A stretch of DNA of 60,732 nt, filler included, from Dirinaria sp. TL-2023a (taxonomy: Eukaryota): assembly GCA_051941275.1 (NCBI GenBank). It is 7 parts of 7 records of this genome, joined end to end, with 100 filler letters (N's around TTAATTAATTAA, not from the genome) between each part and the next. Parts side by side here need not be neighbours in the genome. Positions count along the whole stretch, not along the records: positions 34,794 to 43,386 come from JAVEBF010001167.1; positions 43,487 to 52,066 come from JAVEBF010001168.1; 5 more parts are not named here. One strand, written 5' to 3'. The position numbers were made by a program, and so were the translations under genes. Shown piece by piece: positions 34,694 through 47,767 of this stretch. The notes below the pieces were generated by a model. That model saw only the letters and a list, made by a program, of their open reading frames with translations, made no database searches and was not told where the DNA came from. Positions within the stretch are counted from its first letter, which is position 1. Every line of letters starts with the position of its first letter.

Positions 34694-34793
34694 NNNNNNN
34701 NNNNNNNNNNNNNNNNNNNNNNNNNNNNNNNNNNNNNTTAATTAATTAANNNNNNNNNNNNNNNNNNNNNNNNNNNNNNNNNNNNNNNNNNNN
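34694..34793. other. Artificial contig linker
   Basis: N44-TTAATTAATTAA-N44. Confidence 0.99.
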
Positions 34794-36199
34794 GGAAGCG
34801 GTTGGGGGTTTTCGGGGGGTGGAGAATCGAGTCGTGGTGGTGGTGGCGGACCCTGTATAAACACAATCATGTACCAGTACGACGGTGGATTCGCAGCCGC
34901 AGGCCGGTGTGCGTGTTTTGCTCTCTCTCTCTCCCTCTCTCCCCTTGTTTCTCGAAGACATCGGGAACGCCGATAGATAGACATGCTCGAAAAAAATCGA
35001 GTAACAAGCCAGCCGCTGTTTTCTTCAGATTATTCAGCAAATTTTTACAAACCCTCTCAAAAACATCTCTCATGAGAAAATTTATCATCGAAGATCTTAT
35101 ATCTTTGCATAAGCTAGCTAGCTAACTATATCAAATCATCTTATCTGCAACTATTTACAAAATCCTTGGCATTATTGCCTTGTCCTCAATCAGCTAGCTA
35201 AGGTATCCCATTCTTCTTTCACTTTGAACCATCTCACACACACCCTTTTCAATTAAAAACTCTCATCACACATCTCATCTCCTCTCATCTCATCTTCATA
35301 TACCTACCTTACCTTTATCTAGTACCGCAGTAATAACCCCATTTAATGCCAAGATTTGAATTTTGAAATCTCTCTCCTTCCCCCCCTTTTTTTTTGGTTT
35401 CGTTTCGTTTGCAAGTGGCTAGACGCTCAGCAGTACATAAAAAAAAAGTTTTTTGCAGAGAACGGGGGATGTGTATAGAGTAGTTAGTACTTGCGCTTTT
35501 TTAAGGGTCAGATCGGGAGAGGTGATATTCAAAAGAAGGGAGGTGGGGGGAGGGGGATTCTGTTCTCTAATTATATGCTCTCTTAGCACTAGAAAATTAT
35601 TACAATCGAAAGAGCGTCAGTTTTGCTCGGGCAATAAGGTATATATCATCAATAAGCATGCATGCAGCACAGCACAGCACAGCAGAGTGAACAAGTCGTT
35701 GCTGTCTTGTAAGCAAAGAAAGCTATTAGATTATCCTACATACACCACCGCCGCCCTCGCGTGATGAAAGTTTTGGTTCTTATCTATGATACACATAAGC
35801 ATAATAATGGCGATTTCTCTCTCTCCTCTCTCCCCTTCATCTCAACCACAGCCACAGCCAGCCGCCTATCCTTTTGCCCTCTTCGATGATGGAGGACAGA
35901 CAGCAGCCAGCTTGGCTGCGAAAAGAAGCGGGCATTATCGAGAAGCTAAACAACCAGCACCCTACTTACTCCGTTGGAAAAAAAAAAACAAAAGTTTTAT
36001 TTCTCCCAGGCTTACTCCGCGCTCCTCGCTGCCATGCTTGAACCGCCCATGTTTGCCTAATTTGTTTTTTTCCCCCCGAGAAGTGAGCCTCTTCCGCACA
36101 CTACCAAGACTTTCATGATATGCTTTAGCAAGATCTCAAGATATCATGCAGATACAGAAGACGCTCTCCGGTTACCCATTTTGTAAATACCGAATATGC

Positions 36200-39100
36200 C
36201 TAAGCTAAAGCCCGAGGGCTTTGCTGGATGTGCTGGAACAGCACAGTAAACATGCTTTTGATCTGCGGAAAGGCAACGATTAGCATTGCCATGAATGAGC
36301 ATCATGTGCAAAGGCAGTCAAACGTACCTGGGGAGCGGCCTTGATGAATGGTAACTCCCAAAAGGTATAGGCCGGATTCTTGATCAATTCGAGCAAGGTG
36401 ATGATCAGTCCCCACGGATGAGGGCGATGTACGATCAAACGCTCCAACAGCACACGTGTGATCTGCTGCCGCACATCGGATTGCTGTTGGTCAGCTAGGT
36501 CGCTGCCGAAGAGGTGGAGTAGAGCGTAGCTGAAGTAGTGAGTATGACTGTTGGGGTAACGAAGCTGATCCACGATGGCACTGAGGAAGTAAAAGCGAGA
36601 CTCCGGCTGTAGATGTTTGGATAATTTGGTTAGCAATGCGGCATGAGGTGAATCCTCCGCGAACGATGGGCCACCTTTTTGACTTGCACTGGCGATTGCG
36701 TCACCACCAATATACAAGACCAGAGAGTGGATAGTGGCTACGTCGACCAGGTTACGTTCATGACTGTGGAAAGTTTCGGCGACTTGAGCAACCATATCCT
36801 CTGTAAAGCTGGTGCTCCTGAGGCAGCGGTCAACGAGATCCTTGACGTTGCCGTTCTGCAAATGTAAGGTGATATCTCCAGCAATTTTGGGTAGCTTTCT
36901 GATCTCTTCCAGGCGATCTACCTTCAAGCCTCCACTGAATGGATCTGGCAGTATGGGAATGGAAGAAGGATAAGCGCTTAGCACAAGGTTGCGCAACTGG
37001 CTGCAATGAGCGGGGATGATATTGCACAGGCGATAATGATTCTCTGCCAGAAACTCGGGAAAATCGTGGTGAAGAATCACCAAGATGCGCAAGATGCCTC
37101 GGTACAAGTCTTTGGCCAAGGGGCCAGCCATTGATTGTTTGAGCAATGCACTGACGTATGCAATTGCTGCCTCTATGACGTTGGCAAAGGGCTCCCATCC
37201 TTCGTCGTCGGCCAATTTCAGCAGCGCCGGCATAAGCAATCGATGTGACACCAGTATCAACCAACTGTAGGCGAAGCCGGGCATATACCGCGGCTCGATG
37301 GCCAAGAAGGTTTCAGCAAAAGTCAGAAGGATGTCGCGATCCTGTGCGTAATTCTCCCGGCCAAAATCATGCCACTCGCACAGCATACTGGAGAATAGGC
37401 GGAAGAACACTCGCTGATTGAATTGCTCTCCCCGCAAGATGTGATGATTGTTGAGAAGTAAGACCAATATGGACAAGATAGAATCCATATAGACCGTTTT
37501 ATCGTCGGTGACGGCACCACCAACCTCGCCATGGTTCCTGACTAAGAATATAGCGAATTTTGCCAAGCAGTCGGTGGGGAAGTATGCCTCGTTCGAATCT
37601 AGGTTTGGATCTTGTTGTTCGTAGGCATCTACGACCGTGTCTACGCAAAATCTTAGAAATGTCGACATCTCTTCTTGCGAGTTGAGCAATTCTTTGTGGT
37701 GCATTTGGGCGATGAAAGCATTGAGTAGCTTCGGGCTGGTGTTCGGATGATTGCATAGAGCTAGCCACTCCTCAAACAGGTATTGGAACTGGTGTTGTTG
37801 GACCATCGCTTTCTCATCAAGTCTAGTCTCAACGACGTCATGAAGGCCCCATTCCCACAATCGTGCAATGATTTCATCAACCTTCTGAAATGACGGCACT
37901 TGAGACGCCCACTGTCCCAAAGCACTCAAGCTCAACGCGAAGTCTGCTCTCAGCGCCGCCGGTTGCCTGTTCAGGAGTAACTCGTCCAAGATGCTTGATA
38001 GGAACTCAACGGCTGAAGTAACCCTCCTGTTCAACAGTCCTGATACGATAAGATCTACTTGCCTGAGATCCAAAAGGTTGGCGCGAAGGAGCGAAACCGT
38101 CACCGGGACATTCAGCAGCTTGTCATCCTCTTGGCTGGTAAAATCTAGGAAGACCTCTTTGTAGGTGCTCGCCGAAAGCGAGCAGAACTTTTCAAGGATA
38201 TACCCAAGGATCTCGATCTCCAACGAGTTGCGCCCTTCATCATACATTGCCAGCCATACAGTGCGCGCCGCAGCCATGGTCAAATTATCAATGCCGGGCG
38301 GCGACGAGAGAAAAGGCTCCCATAGTTGGTTCAGTAGATCAGGGATCGGGCTTTCTCGGCTCAAGTCTTTCACGGATTTTTCGGGCGCATCTTTCGCAAT
38401 TTCCAGGACTTCGTCGATTATCCCACGCGTGCGCTGCTGTAACAACCGTGGGTCAATATACCCGTTGTTCTGCGGCTGAGAGATTGTCCCGGGTACTGAA
38501 GGAGGAAGCATACTCCCCACTTGTTGTTGCTGATGGAATGATTGGTGTGGTATAGCAGGTGTTTCTGCTGGGGTATGTATGTTCGTTACTCCCGCGAACG
38601 CTTCTTGTAGGACATCTGGCAACTGCCGACCACTGTCACCGGAGGATGTTTGTGCATGACTGGCCGGACCTCTTGATTGTCGTGCAAACTCCAAATAAAT
38701 GGCCATTTGCTCCCGATTCAGACCATTCGGGCCTTGTTTGAAGGGGTCTGGTATGTAGTTGGCCCAACGATTATATTGCCCGTCCATGTAGGGCTCATTC
38801 CCGTGCTCTGCTCGGAACTGCCTCCGCTTGATGATTTCGTCCTCAATGTGGGTTTCAATTTCCGGCATTGAACGCTCTTCAGCCTGCTTCTCAACAATGC
38901 CGCAAGCGGTATCTAGATTGTCATTCACACACATGAGGATGGCGCCTTCGGGGAAGGCTTGATCTGGCAACTCTGACTGCGCCATTCGGATATAGTTCGT
39001 CATGCTCATTCTCAGAGGCTCCTTACAGGTCACCAAAGCGAGGCTCCCAGACAACTGGCGGACCATTTGCTGTGCAGCCTTGCGGATCCGCTCCTCATCC

Positions 39101-42100
39101 GGCTCTCGCACAAAGTCTTTACGGATCAGATTTTGCGTTGCAATAGTCGCAATCGTTACAGATCGCTCAACCACAGGCGCGATGATTTCTACAATCGCAC
39201 GTCGGACCGCGCCGTGCACAACTTGGCGTAGTCGTGCCTGGTTCGCAATACTGCCCGAGGACGGGGGGAACACCAAGAGTGGCTCAAAGTCTGGCAGTGT
39301 GGCTGCGATGGCTGATGGCGAGAAACGAGCATTTCGCACGGGCCTGTTGATACTGCCAAGGGTTAAGTCATCGAAACCCTCCATACTTTCAGGAAGCATC
39401 GCGTTTGGCTGTTCTTCAGTCCGTATTGGTCTGTCTCTGAGGTGTGTAGAGGGCTCAACGGTGCTTCGATCAATTTCCAACTCCTTGCACAGAACTTCAA
39501 TTTCGAACTTCTGGTTCAACTTGAGATCTGCGTCATTGTAGATCTCGAGTAGAAGGCGAACAATCTCCACAGTCCATGGGTTGGGAGGCTTGAAGACGAC
39601 CGAGTTCTTCGCTTGAGTGAGGACACTGCAGGTGAACGGGATCACAATCAGGAGCCTCTCGGTCTCGAAGCCTTCAAGAAGCAGGTCAGTAAAAGATATG
39701 TTCTTGTGCCTGATCGGCTTGTCTCGAGCAATAGTCAAGGATCCAAGCCACATTGCTAGGCTTTTAAGGTTCTTTCGCTCTGTTGCAGAATTCATGGTTG
39801 ATTCTGCATTCAGCATCCTTTGTACGCTGACATACGTCTGCCTCAGTACTTCAGCCCATAGAGACTTCTTTCCAAGCAGCTTCAGCAAATCCATGTAGAG
39901 TGGTTGCAAATTTGGCTCGAGTTTCGCGCGCTCTTCGACGAGCAACGAAGCAAACCACTGGAAGTGCTCATCACTTAGAGCTCTTTGCACGTCTCTCAGC
40001 TTGACGCCAATATTCTGCTCCGACACGTTGTTAAAGAAGAATACGACTTTCTCTTGGATCACTTCGTCTGGGTCTGCGTAGAAATCCGAGTTGGATGCGG
40101 GATCCGGGTTAATCGATCGGAAGGGCACATTTGTATCTGGTGATAAGAATTCATCGAATTCACCATTTGACATTCCTATGCCGTCAGCCAAGCCATTAAT
40201 ACCGTTGGGCTCCGAATTTGACGCGGCCGGACCGCCATTGGCATAAACGATGGCAGCAATCTTGGAATAGGTCTCAGTATCCTGCAGTGATGGAACTTCC
40301 GCAAGCAGCTGACAGTAGAGAGGCCAATCTGATAAGCGGTCGTCAAAGGTCATCAGTGCGTGAACCCCAAACTTGTACATCGACATGTCTGGATGATAAT
40401 TGCGGACAGCCTCGAGGACCATGCCCAGAGCAACTCGTAAAGCTAGCCCCGAAAGCAAGTTGCACCGGATAATACCACCAAATAGAGAAGCTGTAGTCTT
40501 TAGGGGGGTATCAGGATATTCGCTAAAGCATACAAATTCGTCAAAGAGACCGTGAATCATGCATGCAAACAGGTCTTGCTTTGATGGCTCCTGAGAAGAC
40601 TTGCATTCTTGAAGGATCTTGATAATCTCCCGAAAATGGGTTTGGTCATTGTACATCTCCTTGTAGAGATTCTGCATGTCCTTGTCAGATGCTGGAGGCA
40701 ACGAATTGGTTTCAGCTCCATTCGCTTCAATGATTTCATCAAAGCCTTCGCCGTAGTTGATTAACCGTGGGAACGCTTGTATACACTGCCGTTCGAGAAT
40801 GACGAGCTCATCCGGGGCGCCACTCGAATTCTGCTCAAGGACATCTAATAGCGCGTACACGGTTTTGATCGCGAGATTCACTGTCTTTGGGCCTTCCTGT
40901 TCCTCGCGAACCGTACGCATTTCATCGGCACATTTGATCATCAGGAACCTAGAAATGGCAGTCGTGAACTCCAACGGGCTACGCTTAAGCTTCTCCTCGG
41001 CCCATTGCTCGACGTTCAGGAGATCTCTTCGGTGTGCTAGAGCGATCAGATCTATCCCGAGTCCGTTCATCATGGTTGAAAGTTCTTCCAACCATTCCTG
41101 CTCCTGTGCTAATTCGAGGATCAAGGTAAGCTTTAGCGGATCCTCGAAATGGATCTCCACTAGTCTCTGGGCGACCCAGCTTTTGTCCTGCTCCCACAGG
41201 CAGTGCAGGACGAAATTGTGTTCGGGGAGCTGCTTCGTCATGAAGTAGGGAAGTAGCTTCGTCATGACCGACTGTTGATTGTTACCCCAAGGCTTTCGAG
41301 TGCCTGCAGCTGAGCACAAGAAGAAGCCTTTCTTGGCCTCAATGACTGCCGTGACAGCGCCTAGAGCTTCATGTGAAGGAGGATCGTCGGGATGGTCAAC
41401 AAGCTCGAAAAGAGCTGACATGGCATCGACCGATATTACAGTGTCTTTCCTGGCGTCCTCGATGTATTTTGTGATTTGGCTGGATGACTCCGAGTACTCT
41501 AGTGGATTGTAAGACTGTCGCAGACCGGGAATTGTAGTTGCATCGAGTTCTGTTGGTGTAAGAGAGACGAATGCCAGGACGAAAGATAGCTGCGTTGCGG
41601 GATGCTGCCATCTGCCACCCCAAAGGGTTTGAATGTCAAGCCGGGAGTCCTCCTGAGCGACGGGAAACAATGCATTGAACAGCGCTAGGAACTGCTCGAT
41701 ATCTACTGAAAGACCCTTTTGATCGAAGCCTTGTACGACCTTGGACCAGTCGAAACCCTTGCCAACGCTGTTTCGAACCGCCGATACGAACACAGCCGGA
41801 GAATATTGCCGGAAATCAGGACAAAGAACCATGAACAGGAGTGCACCTGCAACTTGTTTCTCGTCAAGACTCTTATGGTTGTCGGAAAGAACTTCTTTCA
41901 CCGCGTCTAGATTGCTCGTGACCCTTGGACCACACTTTTGGATCTCCTTTGCTAGTTCGCAGCCACTCTCAAGCATCTCGACGAGGAACAGAGCCGATTT
42001 GATGGCGGACGGCATCTCCATCCTCTGCTTTTGGAAGCGGAGGTTCAGGGCGTATGCCACTTGGCCCTTGATCGTCTCATTGCGAATTTCAGGGGGTATA

Positions 42101-43346
42101 TCCTGGAGATATTTGAAGGCGGCTGTGGCAAGCAGCTGTATGGGTACATCAAAGTCATCGTTATGTACATTGCCGAAACGCTGGATTAGGGCCTGATAGG
42201 TTTGGGCTAATATATCACCAGCTATGACTGGTTAATTGCATTCACCATGGTGATGTGGACTTGATAACACTCACCTTTCTTTTTCAGATCCGGTTTCGAC
42301 ACATGCCTGAATGCAGAAGCTAGTAAGGTCTTGGCAATGGGATCCAGCTTGAAGTGGTCCATGAATGTGACAAGATCAAAATCGCGAAAGATATCGCCTT
42401 CAGACGCATCAATGATCTCCGCTATCTTCGGTGCTTGCTCTAAATCTTGTGATATCTTCTCCATCTCTTGCACCAGAAGCTGATAGTTTCCAGGATTTTC
42501 GACATTACGGTTGATACCGGCAAAGATCTGAGGAGAATTTCCGACCAATAGGCGGCGAAAATACTTTGAAAAGACTTCCATGCCGTGCGGTTCAACAAGC
42601 TATATGTGCATCAGTGATCATGGCCGAACAAGCATCTTGACAACAGGACCTACTTTGCGGATTTGGTCTGCCTGTGAATCCCACTTCGCCTTGCCTTCCT
42701 TTTCTGTGATGGAGCCGAGGAGCAGAAAAACTTGAGTGACCACAATCTTCGATACAGATGATTGCGCGGAGTTGGTTGAAGATGAATTAGAGCCGGTGAA
42801 TGTGGAACGGTCGAAAGTATTGGCAGTGGGAGAGCTGAGGCCTTGCTGAGGTAATGACGGGGAGAAAGTCTGACTACGAGAACCTCCTCCGCCGCCACTA
42901 CTACCACCTCCTATTTGAGACGCGGTGGTCGAAGCCGCGGCGGAGGACGCCAAGGTGGACTGTGAAGAGGGCGTAATGGTTCTCGACCTGGGCGATAAAA
43001 GCGGATTACTGCTATTGCCCTGTTGCGATCCAGATTGCAAAGGCGGGAACGGTGAAGTAGAAGAGGCTGAGTAATTGTTTCGACTGTGACTAGAGCTAGC
43101 CGAGGAATTGACGACTGAAGAAAATGTGGGTAGGAATGGTGACGCGGAAGATGAGGTGCGAGAGCGGCTTGCAGGGTCCGGGTTGATGTCGGTGGATAAA
43201 GGAGTGAGACCTCTGGCAGCTCCTGCGGAGGAGCTAGGAAGCCCCCAGGCAGTTTGTTGCGTCCTCAAAGGTCGGATTCCGGAGCTTTTGGTTGTGCTGG
43301 ACGCAATGGAGTTCTGAGCTGCAGGGTGAGGGGGAGGGAAGGTCAT
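36200..43346 (-). CDS. NOT1: CCR4-NOT scaffold subunit Not1 (Cdc39), 4 exons
   Basis: Exons 43346-42654, 42599-42275, 42221-36328 and 36262-36200. Motifs FACMIHGLFDE, VFKPPNPWT, LALVTCKEPLR, QLRYPNSHTHYFS, RLIVHRPHPWGLIIT. Confidence 0.97.
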
Positions 43347-43386
43347 CTGAGATGCGCGAACATTCGAAACGCCCGCACGAAGAGGG

Positions 43387-43486
43387 NNNNNNNNNNNNNN
43401 NNNNNNNNNNNNNNNNNNNNNNNNNNNNNNTTAATTAATTAANNNNNNNNNNNNNNNNNNNNNNNNNNNNNNNNNNNNNNNNNNNN
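43387..43486. other. Artificial contig linker
   Basis: N44-TTAATTAATTAA-N44. Confidence 0.99.
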
Positions 43487-43569
43487 GCTCTTATTCTCTC
43501 TATATTGACCCCAGTACACATGGAGATAACAGCGATAGATTCCTCGAAATGAAACCCCGCTTTTTTTTT

Positions 43570-46500
43570 CTACCTCACAGGTGTCGGGATCCTACTTCGC
43601 TTCTTTCTATCCAGCACCCGACCCAACAAGCCATCCAGTTCCTTCGACATCTCGCCCAAGCGTTTGTTCTCCTCCTTGTACAGGTTCGTCGCGATGGGAT
43701 GATTGGGGGCCGCCGGTTTTAAGTTGGATTTATCATGCACCAGGAGCAGGAGGTCGCGGACGTCTCTTTCGTCTTCGAAGTAAGCGCGGAGCCGGGCGTC
43801 GTCCCATGTGGGAGCGATGGTGTGGGTGGATGATTGCGCCGTCGATGTGGGCGTCTCGCCGTGGATGGATGTCGAGTTGTCGGCTTCATTTGCGTGTTCG
43901 GGATTCAGAGACGGGGAGGAGATTGGGGAAACCGAGGATGTCGTGGAAGGTTCCTCGGCAGAAGAAGTGTCGTTGATTAAGGGCGGTGGCTGGCTAGGCG
44001 GGGTTTGCTGAGGTTGTATAGGTTGCTCTTTTTGTGGGCTGTATGACTTTTCCTCCTGCGGTGGTTGGGCGTAAGGCTGTTGCTGAGCATATGGTGTTTG
44101 CAGTGGGGCGGTTTGCGCAGGTGATTCTGACAGAGGTTCGTTGATAGCTTGAGGAGGGATATTGTGTTGCCCTTCACGCTCTTGCTCAAACATTGGTTGC
44201 GCACTTCTCAGGATCGGATCAGTTCGCTCCTCGGTCTCCGGAGAGGTATCCGAATCAAATTCATCCATTGGCATACGTTGCTTAGCTTTCTTGACCTTCT
44301 CTGGCTTTGGCTCGGAAGAGGGCGTGGTAGATAGTAATGCATCCTTGATAGGTGAGAACATGCCACGCCTTGACTCTTTGGGAGATCCAATTCGCACCGA
44401 CTCTTCGGGTGTAAGCTCAGTGGCCACTTCTTCATCTGGTGGAGGCTCGCTTGAGAGGTCTTGGCCTGGCTCTTCAAAGGCCCTGGGTATACTAATCTGA
44501 GCGACGGACGGGGGTGCTCTGTGGGGAGGAGAAATGGTTCTATTCTGTTGTTCGGCGATGCTCGGTATTGGCGAAATGACATCTCTACGGCCAGATGGTG
44601 ACATGACCCTAGGCACCAACCCGGGTGGGGGTGCCTTCTGGAGCTTGCTCGTCTGCCTCTGAGGTCGACCTTGAGGTGACGTTCTCGGTTGCTGGTCCAG
44701 GGGCAAGGACTCGGAGGAGTTGGTTGCGTGCGGCCAACCTCTGGCCATTTCTTCCGACAACTTTTCGCTATCGTCAACCTCCTCGTTTGGCCCCCTACCT
44801 TTCTTTTCTTTCCGCTTGAATAAGCCGCCAAGCATGCCTTTCTTTTCCTTCCGTCGCCGATCCTCCTTAGCTTTCTCGGGCGGAGAAGTGGCTTTTTCCA
44901 GTGAGTCAAGACTTGGTCTTGTTTTAAGCTGCTTTACCAATGTTAGCATGCGTGAGGGTCCAGAGCAATGGATAGGCGCTAACATCTTTCTGTTCGACCG
45001 ATCTTATAGTTGAGGCATTTGAATCATCCCGTAAGAGACTCGGAGTAAGATTGATCTTACGTGTCTCCACACCATCGTCCTTGAAAAAGGAATCTGTATT
45101 CCGGACTGTCCCTTTCCGGGATTTGCCAGGTGTGCTATCGTCTGCTAGGATCAGCGAGGTTGGTTTTGTGGAGAAGAATTTTTCTGCGCATACCTGGTTG
45201 CTCGTTACTATCATCGGCTACGTATGCCTTTCCATCCCCATTGTCCTGAATAGGAGCGTCGACTCGAGGATCGATCGCTGTTTGCGGATTAACTACAGTC
45301 GGGTTTGATAAATCTTGTGATTCAATGGTGTTGCCTTCTTCTGTTGAAGCATCCGGCTCTTGAGCCTGGGCGTCTGCATTTTCATCAGCTTGCGCTTGAC
45401 CAAAATAGTCGCCTTCGCCATCTTCCTCCTCGTCAGTAGAATAGTCAATGTCTGAAGCTTCCACGTATGTAGGCGCTGTAAATTGCACTGTCTTCGCGTT
45501 TCGCCTCCGCATCGCCTTCTTGAGTGGATTTTTGGACTTCTCCGGATTGTCGCCGAGCATCGTTTGTGATAGCTAGACCATCAGCAGAGACTCCCCCAAC
45601 AGGCGATATTCTTACATCTATATTCCTGTGCTTGTTAAGTCTTGCCAGTCGCTCCGTCGGGGTTTCAATATGCTCGGCGGGAAGAAAGCCTAAGCTTGTC
45701 AATTTCGCTCACTACAAGTCTTCACGCTGTATTACCAATGCTACTGTCCTTTACGACCCTTACAAGCCACCAATAGCTATTGGTATCGTCAAGAAGCACC
45801 ATAGTATCTCCCTTCGTAGCATTGGCTTGCCCTTCGACTGTCGCAACGAAAGTATGCAGGGCGTACACGAATTCGAAATCAATATCCTCTGCTTCGCGTA
45901 AGCATTCGCCACCCCACCCAGAATCGACAAAGCGATCATCGTCAGAAAAAGAGACGTCTCCGGTATCATCACCATCATCCTCATCACTAATTGTGGCTTC
46001 TGGTTCCTCCGGAAGTGCGTGGTCCATGGAAGTTTGTGGCTCAATATAATCAGATGATGCAGGCCATGGTGATTGTGGAGTATCGTCTGAGCTGTTGTCC
46101 AGTAAAGGATCGTCTGCTGGTAGAAGTAGATGCTGAAAATCCTCGACATCGAAATCGCTTTCGTAGGAGTCATTACCATGGTAATCACGCTGAAAATAGG
46201 CCATTGGTCGCTCACTGGGGAGTGGACTCAGCCGGTCCCGGCGCTCATACTCAAGGTCGCCTTCTGCGGAAAGCAGATCGTTGCGCTTCCTGGGATACTC
46301 ACCCTTTTGATGATGACCCTTTGACAAGTCGGCGTGACGCTGGGTCCGAGGGTAAAAGAGAGGGAAGTGCTCGGGAGTCGAAAGGAAAGGTGAGGAAGAC
46401 TGCTCACGCTCAGGCGCAGCAGTTGACATGTCTTCCTGAGCTGTATGGAATGAAACGAGAGAATCCCCTCGGTCCGGCCAATGCAAAGGTAAATGATACC

Positions 46501-47018
46501 CACCATCTTCGATAGACGGGGAACTCGAGATCTTGTCCATCATGTCATCGTCTACATTGTCATCTCCTTCAGCATCGCCAGCCTCCCCTTCAACGGCCCT
46601 CGTACTCCCGGCGGCATGGCGTCCGAGCCCGTAGGGTTCCTCTATGTCATGGTTGTTGTAGGAATCTCCTTCGTCAACATCGTGCAGCAACTGCAGTTCT
46701 TTGCCAGAAAGATCCTGCGAGACCCTCGGACTTCGCAAGTGAAGGTCTGACGTTTCCTGTTCCGCATGTTTAAGAGTAATTGCCTGATGCGGGGCTGGAG
46801 GCCCATCCCCCAACGGTGCAGGATGAGCTGGCTGGCGCGTGTGATCTTTGGCAGAGGGGGAGTCTTGGCTTTGAAGGTCAATCGTATCTACAGTAGGTTT
46901 CGTTAGTCGAGTAGTTGGTGTTCGCTTTTTCTGAAGCTTGCGCCGCCGTGGAGGCATATTGGTTGCCCAGACTGTGCGAAGCGTGCTCACCTGCTCTAAT
47001 GATATTCGGTCTTGTCAT
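43570..47018 (-). CDS. teaC: SH3-domain cell-end marker / PP1-targeting protein (Tea4/Bud14/TeaC family), multi-exon
   Basis: ATG 47018 (MTRPNIIRA/DTIDLQ, intron 46990-46888). SH3: FVYALHTFVATVEGQANATKGD..YWWLVRV..GFLPAEHIE. RLARLNKHRN; RVxF-type KTVQF; C-terminal WDDARLRAYF. Further introns 45735-45690, 45615-45573, 45193-45145/45142 and 44983-44929. Confidence 0.88.
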
Positions 47019-47767
47019 GGTGGGGGGAAAATGCAAAATTCGGCGACTCTCTCGTCTGGTCCGGGAATGGGAAAGAGCTTGTGGGGAAGATCGGTGCTGC
47101 CTCTGATAGATTTCTGCCGAATTTTTCCTTGCGAAATTGTGTGTTCGTGTCCCGGCTTACTTTGCAAGAGGGTCGCCCATCAAGTGAGGATGTGCATGCA
47201 ATTCGACGTTAACTATGGCGAGGTCTTCAGGGTTAATGAAGTGTCATCGTATGGTTTGGATTGCCAAAGCCCCCATGTATGCTTAGAATCCAAGATCTCC
47301 TCGAGGTCAGATCTGAAGGCCATGCGGGCAGCCATGGGGTTGCGGTGCGGAGTCGGGGATGCGGCGATAAGTTGGAAAATCGTTAAATCGGGGAACGAAT
47401 AAGGTTTCAGGAACCAACTTGTTTCACCAGCCATCTTTTTGCAGATCGTCTCTGTCGGTTTCACCCATTGGGCCATCCTAATTTCCTGCTTGGCACGCCA
47501 GGCCCAAAGCGGATACAAAGATATGCCCGGAACGGATAGCGGCCTCTCATAAGGTAAGATACATTATTATTACCTTGGTGAAGACTACAGTAAAAGGGAC
47601 CGCGCAGTGACCGCAAAGTTCCGTACAGCCATGTACGAGTACGAGTAATCCTATATACAAAAATTGCGCTTGGGGTACAAGAGTATCACAATGCCGCCAT
47701 GCCGCCCATGTCGTCATACCACCACAACGCCACGCTTTGAAATAACGATAAGCAGTATGATTAGAAC

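Noticed and set aside
36679..42196. Numerous antisense and alternate-frame ORFs over NOT1 (likewise over acr-2, TM9SF, GT90 and MFS)
   Set aside because: Shadow ORFs of long coding regions.
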